DNA from: a virus
DNA: 64,000 nt
Strand: one strand, 5' to 3'
IMG/VR virus record: IMGVR_UViG_3300023240_001094
Location: 1-64,000 of that record
In this document: in pieces, positions 46,313 to 55,239 of the stretch
How the letters are laid out: each line of letters starts with the position of its first letter
Numbering within the stretch: position 1 is the first letter of the stretch
Made by a program: the position numbers and the translations under genes
Notes under the pieces: model-generated
Told to the model about the DNA's origin: nothing
What the model saw: the letters and a program-made list of their open reading frames with translations, nothing else
The model's database searches: none

Positions 46313-46864
46313 ATGAAACCTTATAGAAAAATCTGGATTGATAATTTTGGTAATATTCCAACCGATGATGATGGTAGATCATTTGAAATACACCACATTG
46401 ATGGGAATAGTTTAAACAACAATATCTCTAACCTAAAATGCGTCAGTATAAAAGAGCACTACGAAATACATCTTCAACAAGCAAATAAACCCCAGGATCT
46501 AAAAGAGATAAGATCCAAAGCAACAACAAATATGCATAAAAAACTTTTAGCTGAAAACCAACATTGGACAAAAACTGATGAATTTAAACAAAAAATATCT
46601 AAAATATCATCAGAAAGAAATAAAAGATTAGTTGATGAAAAAACTCATAATTTTGTCACAAACAATCCAAGTGTTAAACTGTCCAAGGCTAGTCAACATA
46701 ATTGGCAAAAAGCTAAAAATACAGTACCCTGTTATGATAAAAATGGCAACTACTTGAGAATACCATCCGATGTTTTTCACTCCCAGCAAGGCCCTAAGGA
46801 ATGCTGGGAATATGTGCATAATACTAGCATAGAAGGAAAAAAACGTAAATCACTCAGTGAGTAA
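46313..46864 (+). mobile_element. free-standing HNH homing endonuclease
   Basis: YRKIW...EIHHIDGN..NN.ISNL.C...EH..IH; opposite strand, AT-rich, convergent overlap with hsp20. Confidence 0.85.
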
Positions 46865-47287
46865 CTGAGAATTACCAATCTTTATTTTCTTAGGTTTCAT
46901 TTCCTCTGGGATGGCATACTTCAATTGAATTGCTAGAATGCCGTCTTGAATATCTGCTCCGTGGACTTCCACGTGTTCAGACAATCGAAAGGTGCGTTTG
47001 AATTTCTTCGTGGAAATACCACGGTGAATATACTCGCGACCTTTTGATACATGATCACCTGTTACTGTAAGAGTTCTATCATGTAGCTCAATATTAATAC
47101 CCTCTTTGCTGAAACCAGCAATGGCAAGTTCGATTATATAATCTGATTCGCCATTTTTAAGAATATTGTGAGGTGGATAGTTGTCATACGCGTGTTTTGT
47201 AACATGATCCAACTCTTTGAAGAGGTGGTCAAATCCTACAAAAGCTGCAGGTGGAAATGCGGTTGTGTTGATTCGTCTGCTTGTCAT
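46850..47287 (-). CDS. hsp20: small heat shock protein Hsp20/IbpA-like
   Basis: GFD, YPPHNI, ELAIAGF, HRGIS, DGIL.I.L, PKKIKI. Confidence 0.93.
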   Translation of the reverse strand: MTSRRINTTAFPPAAFVGFDHLFKELDHVTKHAYDNYPPHNILKNGESDYIIELAIAGFSKEGINIELHDRTLTVTGDHVSKGREYIHRGISTKKFKRTFRLSEHVEVHGADIQDGILAIQLKYAIPEEMKPKKIKIGNSQLLTE

Positions 47288-47352
47288 TTCATTCTCCTTT
47301 TTCAAGCAAGATTGTGTGGAGCCAGATTATTCTGCGCTCCACCTTATTTATA
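47288..47352 (-). promoter_or_regulatory. late promoter plus ROSE-like RNA thermometer
   Basis: TATAAATA; GTGGAGC/GCTCCAC hairpin; TCTTGCTT-GAAA-AAGGAGA hairpin sequestering the SD with a bulged G. Confidence 0.7.
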
Positions 47353-47356
47353 TCGA

Positions 47357-47770
47357 CTATCTACTGCCGATGTTATATTTTGGGCATAGTTCCCATTGAT
47401 CTTTTTCTTTATGGGGAATAATCTTAATCAACCTTAAAGGTGCCAATTCAAGACCATCAGATGGTTTTACAAATTGAAGTAATCCCCAATCGCTCAAAAG
47501 AACCGCAATAGTGTTCCTTCGGCCTAGATCATTGTCCTCAAAGTTAGATTTCTTACCATCAAGTAAGAATAGTTCTTTGAAGTGTACAATGAAATATCTA
47601 CCTTGCTTGTGCAAGATATGACATGATTGATATAGTTTTTTATCTTTACGTGAAGCAACACCAATTCGCGTTAATGTTTCTCGCACTTTTAAGAAGTCAT
47701 CAGGCTCTTGTAATAGTACTTCGAGCATATCAGATGGTGCCCATTGGGCGTTATTATTTTCTTTTTCCAC
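47357..47770 (-). CDS. regA: RegA translational repressor
   Basis: DDFLKVRETLTRIGVAS, LYQSCHILHKQGRY.IVHFKELF. Confidence 0.96.
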   Translation of the reverse strand: MEKENNNAQWAPSDMLEVLLQEPDDFLKVRETLTRIGVASRKDKKLYQSCHILHKQGRYFIVHFKELFLLDGKKSNFEDNDLGRRNTIAVLLSDWGLLQFVKPSDGLELAPLRLIKIIPHKEKDQWELCPKYNIGSR

Positions 47771-47942
47771 CTTTACGTACCTTTTCTCTCAAAATAGTTA
47801 TTTGGTCGGATGTGAGAAGAGGTAAGACCTGGCGTGCTTTATCATTACTATAAGCATAATATTCCTTGACCACTTCAACATCATTAACCAATTCAGGTTT
47901 GTTCCATTTAGAAAAGCGTTTGCGTTTCCTAACGCTATTTAT
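47754..47942 (-). pseudogene. duplicated gp62 C-terminal fragment (62 codons, no start)
   Basis: INSVRKRKRFSKWNKPELVNDVEVVKEYY...KGGKRK*; 73 bp (47855-47927) identical to 48113-48185. Confidence 0.88.
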
Positions 47943-48002
47943 ACTAATCCAAATTTTAGACCTTTTATGCGAAGATCAGATACCTCTATAATATAAGATA
48001 CT

Positions 48003-48392
48003 TTATTTACGTTTTCCTACTTTACCACCTTTATACACTTTTTCTTTTAACACTTCCATTTGTTCATTCGTTAATAATGAGATTACTTGTCTGGCCTTTT
48101 CATTGGAATATCCATAATATTCCTTGACCACTTCAACATCATTAACCAATTCAGGTTTGTTCCATTTAGAAAAGCGTTTGCGTTTTCGGACAATGTTAAT
48201 TAGAAAATCGTATTGAAGTTTTTTGTCAAGATGGTGGTATATGTTCATCTCATTTGCCATAAGAACCGTGTCATTGAAGTAGGAAAGAGCCCGGTTGACC
48301 ATATACGCCGAATAGCTTTTTTCAGCAAGATCATCTACCATAATATTCTTTTTGGTAGAATTGATAGAGTTTGCATATTCAAATGGGTTCAT
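48003..48392 (-). CDS. 62: clamp loader small subunit gp62
   Basis: MNPF, NRALSY..DT...ANEMN, QYDFL, RKRKRFSKW, YYGYS.EKA. Confidence 0.92.
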   Translation of the reverse strand: MNPFEYANSINSTKKNIMVDDLAEKSYSAYMVNRALSYFNDTVLMANEMNIYHHLDKKLQYDFLINIVRKRKRFSKWNKPELVNDVEVVKEYYGYSNEKARQVISLLTNEQMEVLKEKVYKGGKVGKRK

Positions 48393-48393
48393 A

Positions 48394-48666
48394 TTATTCA
48401 ATTCCGCTATCAATGGAAGGCCACAAGATTCGTTCAATGGCTTCTTCAAGTTTAACATGTGTGACTTCTGAGGACCGACCTTCAAAAATGCAAACGTCGT
48501 TATAATACAACTGCGGCATTGTGTTATGTCTATTTGCTTTTACAAAGGCATATGCTTCCTCATTAGATTCTATATTAATCTCAGTATATTGTACATCCCA
48601 CTTATCAAGATTCTTTTTAATTGCCTTACAATAGAAGCACTGGTTTTTTGTGTAGACAGTAAGCAT
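48394..48666 (-). CDS. glutaredoxin / NrdH-like protein
   Basis: CFYC, TMPQ. Confidence 0.85.
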   Translation of the reverse strand: MLTVYTKNQCFYCKAIKKNLDKWDVQYTEINIESNEEAYAFVKANRHNTMPQLYYNDVCIFEGRSSEVTHVKLEEAIERILWPSIDSGIE

Positions 48667-48675
48667 ATTCTAATC

Positions 48676-49290
48676 CTAAAATGCGGTGACGGCTTGAATG
48701 ATAGTCTGCATGCGCATTACATCCATAGCAATATCATGGCGAGGATCGTGATGGATAAAATGTTCCTCAAGGCCTTCTGGAATAAAGTTGTTTTTCAAAT
48801 CAGAACCATACGTCAAACCTTCAATAAAGCTGATAGTATCTTTAACTAGCCACCAATCATACGGCGAAGGATATCCAGTTGCCTCCATAAGAGATGATGT
48901 ATAAACGGGATCAAAGGTGTTCCGACGTGTATAAACCTTTTTCAGGTTAGTTGGTTTATTGACAGCAAAGAAGCTATACAAGTCAGCAATCGATTCATCC
49001 ATATCAGATGGCTTAAGTACTGTTCGGGCTTCAGCATTCTGCTTACCCCACCAATCAAGGGTTTCTTTTTGAATCTTCCTGCCGAACGTTTTTACCTGTG
49101 ACTCTACATCAAACTTCATGAACTTACATTTCGAAACAAGTTCATGATATGTATATGGCTGTTCTGAATTAAAACGAACCTCAGCATAGTTAAGTGTAGC
49201 AAGTGATAAAACAACACCATCAGATGGACGTTGAGAAAGTGTTTCGTAATCGTAAATAAGACAATCGTCTAGTCCGTCATAAGCGCTCAT
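48676..49290 (-). CDS. dexA: DexA-like 3'-5' exonuclease
   Basis: DYETL, TLDWW.KQ, FD, HDP.HD. Confidence 0.8.
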   Translation of the reverse strand: MSAYDGLDDCLIYDYETLSQRPSDGVVLSLATLNYAEVRFNSEQPYTYHELVSKCKFMKFDVESQVKTFGRKIQKETLDWWGKQNAEARTVLKPSDMDESIADLYSFFAVNKPTNLKKVYTRRNTFDPVYTSSLMEATGYPSPYDWWLVKDTISFIEGLTYGSDLKNNFIPEGLEEHFIHHDPRHDIAMDVMRMQTIIQAVTAF

Positions 49291-50228
49291 TGTATATTAA
49301 CCTCTGCCATAATTTCAGTCATACACGCAACCAAATTTAGTTCGTGATCGGCAACGAATGCTGCCTTATATTGATAGTCAGCAAGAATAAGAACAAGCTG
49401 TGGAATTGACTGCGGAGCAATCTTTTCATACATGCGATCGTAGATACCACGGATAATAGCCGAAGTATCAAGGTCCATGTTGTTGACAATACACTGCCGC
49501 ATTTTTTTAAAGTCTTTTGCCTTAATAGAAGCAAACAAAGCGTCAAACTGCTCAGAAGAGCCTGATGATGCCGCAGTCATAATAAGCGCGCCGTTGTTTG
49601 AATTACGCTGAACCTCATTAATAACCCGTCGCCAATCTGGTGCATGTTTCATAATAAGTTCGGCAACTTCAGACTTCACATATTCAGTAATACCTTCAGC
49701 TGCAAGAATACCTTCGAGGCGTTCCATAAATTGCATGCATAGGCTTGCCATATCTTTTTTAGTGGTATTAAACTCATATACACCACAGCGAGAATGAAGT
49801 GGTTCAATAATACGATTCTTAAAGTTACACGTTAGAATGAATCGGCAGTTATCAGAAAATTGCTCGATAAAACCACGTAGCGCAGGCTGGGTTGACTGCG
49901 CGTTAAGGTAATCAGCTTCGTCAAGAATAACAACTTTGTAGCCACCGGAAAATGAAACCGTAGATGCAAACTGCTTAATCTTACCACGAAGAGTTTCGAT
50001 ATTACCTTCCTCAGAACCATTAATTACAATATAATCAAGTTCGAGTTCATTACACAGAGCCTTTGCTACTGTGGTTTTACCAAGCCCGGCAGTACCAGTA
50101 AAAAGCATATTCTGCAATTCACCAGTTTCTACCATTGACTGAAATGTATTCTTCAAGGAGATAGGAAGAATGGTTTCAGCTACTGTTTTTGGGCGATATT
50201 TTTCTACCCACAAGAAGTCTTTAGACAT
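49287..50228 (-). CDS. 44: clamp loader large subunit gp44
   Basis: LWVEKYRP, GTAGLGKTT, DEADY, SRC. Confidence 0.96.
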   Translation of the reverse strand: MSKDFLWVEKYRPKTVAETILPISLKNTFQSMVETGELQNMLFTGTAGLGKTTVAKALCNELELDYIVINGSEEGNIETLRGKIKQFASTVSFSGGYKVVILDEADYLNAQSTQPALRGFIEQFSDNCRFILTCNFKNRIIEPLHSRCGVYEFNTTKKDMASLCMQFMERLEGILAAEGITEYVKSEVAELIMKHAPDWRRVINEVQRNSNNGALIMTAASSGSSEQFDALFASIKAKDFKKMRQCIVNNMDLDTSAIIRGIYDRMYEKIAPQSIPQLVLILADYQYKAAFVADHELNLVACMTEIMAEVNIQ

Positions 50229-50289
50229 ATTTACTCCGGTTCAATTGAGTTTCATTATATAAGGGATGGAGTTGAATGTACATATAAAC

Positions 50290-50481
50290 TTATGATTCAG
50301 CTGATTCCACGGCTGCTTGTTCACCAAGCGCAATAAGTTGCACACACTGGTCTCGCAATTGACCGATAGTTGTTAGTTCTTCACCGCGAAAGCCGCCGCG
50401 CTGTACTACAGTATCAATCACGGCCATTGTGCTTCGTGCGACGCGAGACGAGATTTCATTGATTTGTGTTTGGTTAGACAT
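50290..50481 (-). CDS. hypothetical protein
   Basis: IDTVVQRGGFRGEEL motif. Confidence 0.65.
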   Translation of the reverse strand: MSNQTQINEISSRVARSTMAVIDTVVQRGGFRGEELTTIGQLRDQCVQLIALGEQAAVESAES

Positions 50482-50483
50482 TA

Positions 50484-51173
50484 TTAAGCTCCGTATGTTG
50501 ATGATTTTTCAAGTGAGATCCAGTATGTGGCATCACGCTCATCATGTGTAAATTTGGACATAAGTTTCGAAGAGATACCAACCTGATAATCGCCTGGAAG
50601 AATTTTGAGGTTAGCAATATTGAGAATAAGATTAAATTGCTCATGCTCATAAGTTCCTGCAACATCGATAGTAAAGGTATTTGATGTGGCATTCTCTGGA
50701 TCAAATACGGTAAGAGCAACGGCACCGTCGGAAGCAGTAACTGATACTGATGTATGACCAAGGGCTGATGCAGCACGTTTTACACGGTTCAAGGTGTCTT
50801 GATCTAGTGTGAAGTTAACCTCAAAGTTATCCATTGCCATAGCTTTAGACAGCATGATTTCAGCTGGAGATGTAAGCATATCAGTGTCAGTAAAGAAGTA
50901 CTTAATCTTTGAACGTCCGCTTGTATCACCAACAACAGCAAATTTTTCATCGATTTTAAGAACTGGCTCATCAACCAAAGAAAGAACACTCAAGAATTCA
51001 CTGAGATCATAGACACCAAATTCTTGAGGGAACGTTGAATCGACCTCAACACTCGCAAGGATATTGCGGGCTTCAGAGATAGTACTAACACGATTACCTG
51101 TGTTAAATACCATGTTAGAGTTAATGCCTGAAAAGTTCTTCAGGACTTGACTTGTATAATCGGTTAGTTTCAT
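50484..51173 (-). CDS. 45: sliding clamp gp45
   Basis: LKNFSGIN, FGVYDLSEFL, NLKILPGDY, YWISLE. Confidence 0.95.
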   Translation of the reverse strand: MKLTDYTSQVLKNFSGINSNMVFNTGNRVSTISEARNILASVEVDSTFPQEFGVYDLSEFLSVLSLVDEPVLKIDEKFAVVGDTSGRSKIKYFFTDTDMLTSPAEIMLSKAMAMDNFEVNFTLDQDTLNRVKRAASALGHTSVSVTASDGAVALTVFDPENATSNTFTIDVAGTYEHEQFNLILNIANLKILPGDYQVGISSKLMSKFTHDERDATYWISLEKSSTYGA

Positions 51174-51212
51174 GTCATTTTCCTATTCATTATATGGCTA
51201 TTATAAAACATA

Positions 51213-52949
51213 TTACGCAGCTTGTAAACTAAAATCTTTCATCTTACTGAAGTTTTTATCCTTATAGAACTCAAGCTTGTTCTTAAATTTACCCTCGAGG
51301 ATTTCACCCTTATGTGAGATAACAAAAACGTTGGTATCGTCACCAAGAGTATAAAGGATTTTCATGAGGTTATCAACACCATCATGGTCAAGTGACGAGT
51401 CAAACGTTTCATCCAATACCAAAAGATTTGTCGCGACAGAGTTTTTCATCTTTGCGATTTGGCGCCATGTAAATAGTAGTGCCAAATCGATACGCTGCTT
51501 TTCACCTTCAGAAAATGATGCATATGAAAATGCGTCGCGGTGACGCGATCTGATAGTTTCTTGAAATGCTTCATCGAGGTTAAAGTGAACAAAGAAATCA
51601 AGCACCTGCAAATATTGGTTCACAAGGTTATTGATAATAGGAACGTATTGTTTAATTACCTTTGTTTTAATACCAGTGTCCTTAAGCATTTCTCCCATAA
51701 CAGAGTTGTAAGAAGACTCTTCATTAAAGATAAGTCTCTGCTCCATAAGGCTGTTTTGATCTGTTTTCATCACAGTTAGCTCATCGTTGGCATTTCCTAA
51801 ATCACCGGTTCTACCTTCAAGTCTACCAATATCGCTATTAAGAGATGCAATGTTTCCATGCAGGCGGGTAATTGATTGATTGTTGACATTAATTTCAGAC
51901 TGGCGTTCACGGATAAGCTCAGATGCCTCAGTAAATTCCTTAATGCTTTTTTCAATATCACCTGCTTGATTTTGAATCTCGTTGAGAGCATCGTTAAGTT
52001 TGACTGCACGTGTCTTTGCCATTGTCAACTTAGATTTGCGTAAATCTTCTTCAATAGGTTGAGTGCATGTCGGGCAATCGTTATTTTCCTCATAGAATTT
52101 AGCATCAGTTACCACACCCTTGATTTCTGATGTGAACTGTGACTTATAATTAAGTAGCGCCTGGCGTTTGTTCAAAGATGTTGAAAGACCCTCTTGCGTT
52201 TTTACACTATGTGCTTCAATGAAAGTACTAAGCATTGAGCTTTCTTCCTGGATCTGTTTAATTTCAGATTCACATTCAGAAATCTGTGCATGCTTTGCTT
52301 TAATTTCCTCGTCATTCATCTCTGTGATATCACGGATGTACTTTTTCTGTGAGTCGATTTGATTGCGCTTAATGTCAAGCTTATAAGCAATATCCTTCAA
52401 CTTTTCTTTTAAGATAGAATTTTTCTCTTTAATAAGTGAATTCATCTTAGAGAAAACATTAATATCAAGAAGGTCTTCAATAACATCACGGCGGTGCTGT
52501 GCGGATAACTGCATGAAGGGAATAAAACTACTACTTCCTAACACAACAATTTGGTGAAAGGATTTATGGTTTAGCTTAATAATATTCTGCTCAAGAAGCT
52601 TCTGATATTCCTTGGCATGAGAGTCTTGATTAATCATATTGCCATTTTTCCAAATCTCAAAAAGATTTGGCTTAAGACCACGTGTAACCTTGTATTCAGT
52701 TTTACCAACACTGAACGCAATTTCAACAACACACTGTTTGTTATTAATACTATTGACCAACTGAGGCTTGTTGATATTTCTATGTGGTTTACCAAACAGA
52801 GCAAAGGACATTGCATCAAGCATGGTGGATTTACCAGCGCCGTTATGACCGACGATTAGGGTAGACTTTGCGTTTGTTAGGTCAATCTCAGTGAAGTCAT
52901 TACCGGTAGACATAAAGTTTTTCCAGCGAAGAGTTTTAAAATATATCAT
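51213..52949 (-). CDS. 46: recombination ATPase gp46 (Rad50/SbcC-like)
   Basis: GHNGAGKST, CPTC hook, FSEGE, LDE, VISH. Confidence 0.96.
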   Translation of the reverse strand: MIYFKTLRWKNFMSTGNDFTEIDLTNAKSTLIVGHNGAGKSTMLDAMSFALFGKPHRNINKPQLVNSINNKQCVVEIAFSVGKTEYKVTRGLKPNLFEIWKNGNMINQDSHAKEYQKLLEQNIIKLNHKSFHQIVVLGSSSFIPFMQLSAQHRRDVIEDLLDINVFSKMNSLIKEKNSILKEKLKDIAYKLDIKRNQIDSQKKYIRDITEMNDEEIKAKHAQISECESEIKQIQEESSMLSTFIEAHSVKTQEGLSTSLNKRQALLNYKSQFTSEIKGVVTDAKFYEENNDCPTCTQPIEEDLRKSKLTMAKTRAVKLNDALNEIQNQAGDIEKSIKEFTEASELIRERQSEINVNNQSITRLHGNIASLNSDIGRLEGRTGDLGNANDELTVMKTDQNSLMEQRLIFNEESSYNSVMGEMLKDTGIKTKVIKQYVPIINNLVNQYLQVLDFFVHFNLDEAFQETIRSRHRDAFSYASFSEGEKQRIDLALLFTWRQIAKMKNSVATNLLVLDETFDSSLDHDGVDNLMKILYTLGDDTNVFVISHKGEILEGKFKNKLEFYKDKNFSKMKDFSLQAA

Positions 52950-54007
52950 GCGATTTCCAAAGCCTGTGCTTCGATAAGCAAGTTGCGCATCGAAACTTTC
53001 AATTTATCTTTATCCAAATCAGTGTCCACAGCGTCAACATAACTATCGAGAAGTTCAGTGGTATCCTCGACAGATACTGACTCATCCTCCACGTTTTCAC
53101 CAAGAAACTCGTTAAAGTTTTCAGCGATTTTGAGTTCGTAAACCTTCATTGATTGTATTCTATCAATAAATCTATCGAATGTAAATAGATCATTCTTGTT
53201 AATCACAACAACCTTTACAAATTTGTTATTGAGGTGATTGACATCATAAGCGCTATAATCAATATTACTGTCATCATAATTAATTTTTTCAAACAGTGTG
53301 TGTGGATTTCTTACAGCCGTAAGTTCACGCGTAGATGTATCAAGGACGTGGAAATGTTTTGGATCGTGAGCATCAGACCATGTGAATTCTAACTGAGTAC
53401 CTAAATACCTGATGTTATCTTTTTCTGATGCCGTATGAAAGTGACCAGAAATAACCTGCTCAAACCGACTAAATAATTTGTGATCCATACCACTATGTGA
53501 TTGAACACCCTTAAGAACATCAAATCCAGCGAATTCGAGGTGACCGGAAAGCCAATCAGCCTTACATGTCTCAATGAATTGAATTGATTTTGTGTAGTTC
53601 TCTTGGTTAACCCATGGAAGCATGGCCATGTTGAAACCGTTAAGATTCAATACAGTTGGTTCCATATGAATAGTGACTTCGCCCATATAATGACCGAGCA
53701 GCTCTTTCAATGCGTTTAGATCATTTGTGTTCTTATAAAACACATCATGATTGCCAGGAATTATATCCATATGAATATGATGCTTGCGAAGTTTGTCCAA
53801 AAAAGACTTACGGAAAGAATGGAGAGACTTAAAATTGATAAACTTACGGTTATCAAAAACATCACCAAGATGGAGAATACGCTTAATATCATTTTCAATA
53901 AGATAGGGAAAGAAAATATCATTATAAAACAGATCAGCGTTATCCCCAAAAATATTAGATGAGTTTCGAACGCCGCAGTGTGTATCATTTAAAATAGCAA
54001 TTTTCAT
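52946..54007 (-). CDS. 47: recombination nuclease gp47 (Mre11/SbcD-like)
   Basis: DTH, LGD.FD.R, GNHD, GHLE, SGHFH. Confidence 0.96.
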   Translation of the reverse strand: MKIAILNDTHCGVRNSSNIFGDNADLFYNDIFFPYLIENDIKRILHLGDVFDNRKFINFKSLHSFRKSFLDKLRKHHIHMDIIPGNHDVFYKNTNDLNALKELLGHYMGEVTIHMEPTVLNLNGFNMAMLPWVNQENYTKSIQFIETCKADWLSGHLEFAGFDVLKGVQSHSGMDHKLFSRFEQVISGHFHTASEKDNIRYLGTQLEFTWSDAHDPKHFHVLDTSTRELTAVRNPHTLFEKINYDDSNIDYSAYDVNHLNNKFVKVVVINKNDLFTFDRFIDRIQSMKVYELKIAENFNEFLGENVEDESVSVEDTTELLDSYVDAVDTDLDKDKLKVSMRNLLIEAQALEIA

Positions 54008-54008
54008 A

Positions 54009-54647
54009 TTATTCACCAAATATATCGCTGAGATCAGAATCACCTGAATTTATAATTTTAGGATTTTTTTTCTTTGTCTTGGACTTTTCTTTCTTGGCAA
54101 ATGATTTTACTTCAGTATCAAATTCCTTTACCTTGTCAATTCGATTTTTTAGCATACCAATAAAGCCGGCGCCAGCAATAGTGCTCATTTCACTACCATT
54201 CGTGTTGTCAAGGAATTCGCTAATATCAGCCTGAGAGATATACTTGGTCTTGATATCTTGTTGTTTCTTTTCCTTGGCGATACGTCGAAGGAATGCATAC
54301 CAGCAGATTTGCGTAAAGTATGAAAATGCGTTTGGATTTCCACTACGAGTTGCTGCTTCAAGATTATAGTTCATAATGGCCTTTAGACAATTTTCAACAC
54401 CATCCATTACCATTTCTTCACGATATGTGTAACGAATAAAGTTGCCTTTATGCGAAAGGCCTTCAGCAATTTTAAGGAATGACTGTGCAATATAATCAGT
54501 GACTACAGGAAGCTTAACACCAGAGGCTTCTGCTTCCTTAACTGTTTCATAAGGAACACAGGCTTCCCTTACGACTTTAACATATTCAACAACAGCAAGA
54601 CTGAACTCTTTGTTGTTGACATAATGAGGTTTATCTCTTGGTTTCAT
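54009..54647 (-). CDS. 55: late sigma factor gp55
   Basis: HYVNNKEF, KIAEGLS, YTYREEM..DG.EN, NAFSYFTQI...AF.RRI.KEKKQ. Confidence 0.96.
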   Translation of the reverse strand: MKPRDKPHYVNNKEFSLAVVEYVKVVREACVPYETVKEAEASGVKLPVVTDYIAQSFLKIAEGLSHKGNFIRYTYREEMVMDGVENCLKAIMNYNLEAATRSGNPNAFSYFTQICWYAFLRRIAKEKKQQDIKTKYISQADISEFLDNTNGSEMSTIAGAGFIGMLKNRIDKVKEFDTEVKSFAKKEKSKTKKKNPKIINSGDSDLSDIFGE

Positions 54648-54763
54648 AGTAAATTGTTACTCCTAGAATATATTTCTAATTATAAATCAGATCTGAGGGA
54701 ATGTACACAGCAAGATTAATTGTATATTTGCGTGATTAGGGGGTGTACAAGGTGTGGAAACCT

Positions 54764-54798
54764 TGGTATAATAAAAGAGGCTTTATGGTTGGGGGTAG
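54764..54798 (+). repeat. 35-nt exact repeat, copy 2 (promoter -10 plus G-tract)
   Basis: Identical to 9400-9434; preceded by GTGTACA at 54743-54749. Confidence 0.9.
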
Positions 54799-54801
54799 AT
54801 A

Positions 54802-55239
54802 CTAGTGTAGCTTATTCTTTGGATTGAACTTAAGCACGTTAGTATCATCTGGTGTATCATCTAAATCATTAACACTACTATCTATATCATCTGGTGTATC
54901 ATCTAAATCATTAACACTACTATCTATATCATCTTCTTCATCAGCTTTATTCTGTTCAACATGTGTCTCATATTGATCAATAACTTTACGGTCAGGAATG
55001 GCAGAACATATTACAGCACCAGATTGTAATATCATTACTTTGTTTGATTCGTACTGGTGCATCATAAATGGTCTAAAGGTATAAAACCTTACCTGATTTT
55101 CAAAGTCTTCTGTTGATACCAAAGCATATGCGGATTTGATTATAATAATTTCTTCATCAAATTCGTTAATCTCAATATCAATAACATCACATAGGATTTC
55201 TTCACCAGTGATAAGCTTTAGTTGTTTTACATTCATCAT
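54802..55239 (-). CDS. hypothetical protein (Sm-like N-terminus) with 15-aa tandem duplication
   Basis: LKLITGEEILC; DDIDSSVNDLDDTP twice (45-bp unit, ~54844-54933). Confidence 0.7.
   Translation of the reverse strand: MMNVKQLKLITGEEILCDVIDIEINEFDEEIIIIKSAYALVSTEDFENQVRFYTFRPFMMHQYESNKVMILQSGAVICSAIPDRKVIDQYETHVEQNKADEEDDIDSSVNDLDDTPDDIDSSVNDLDDTPDDTNVLKFNPKNKLH

Noticed and set aside
54844-54933. 45-bp tandem repeat as a regulatory or mobile repeat
   Set aside because: In-frame duplication inside an acidic linker
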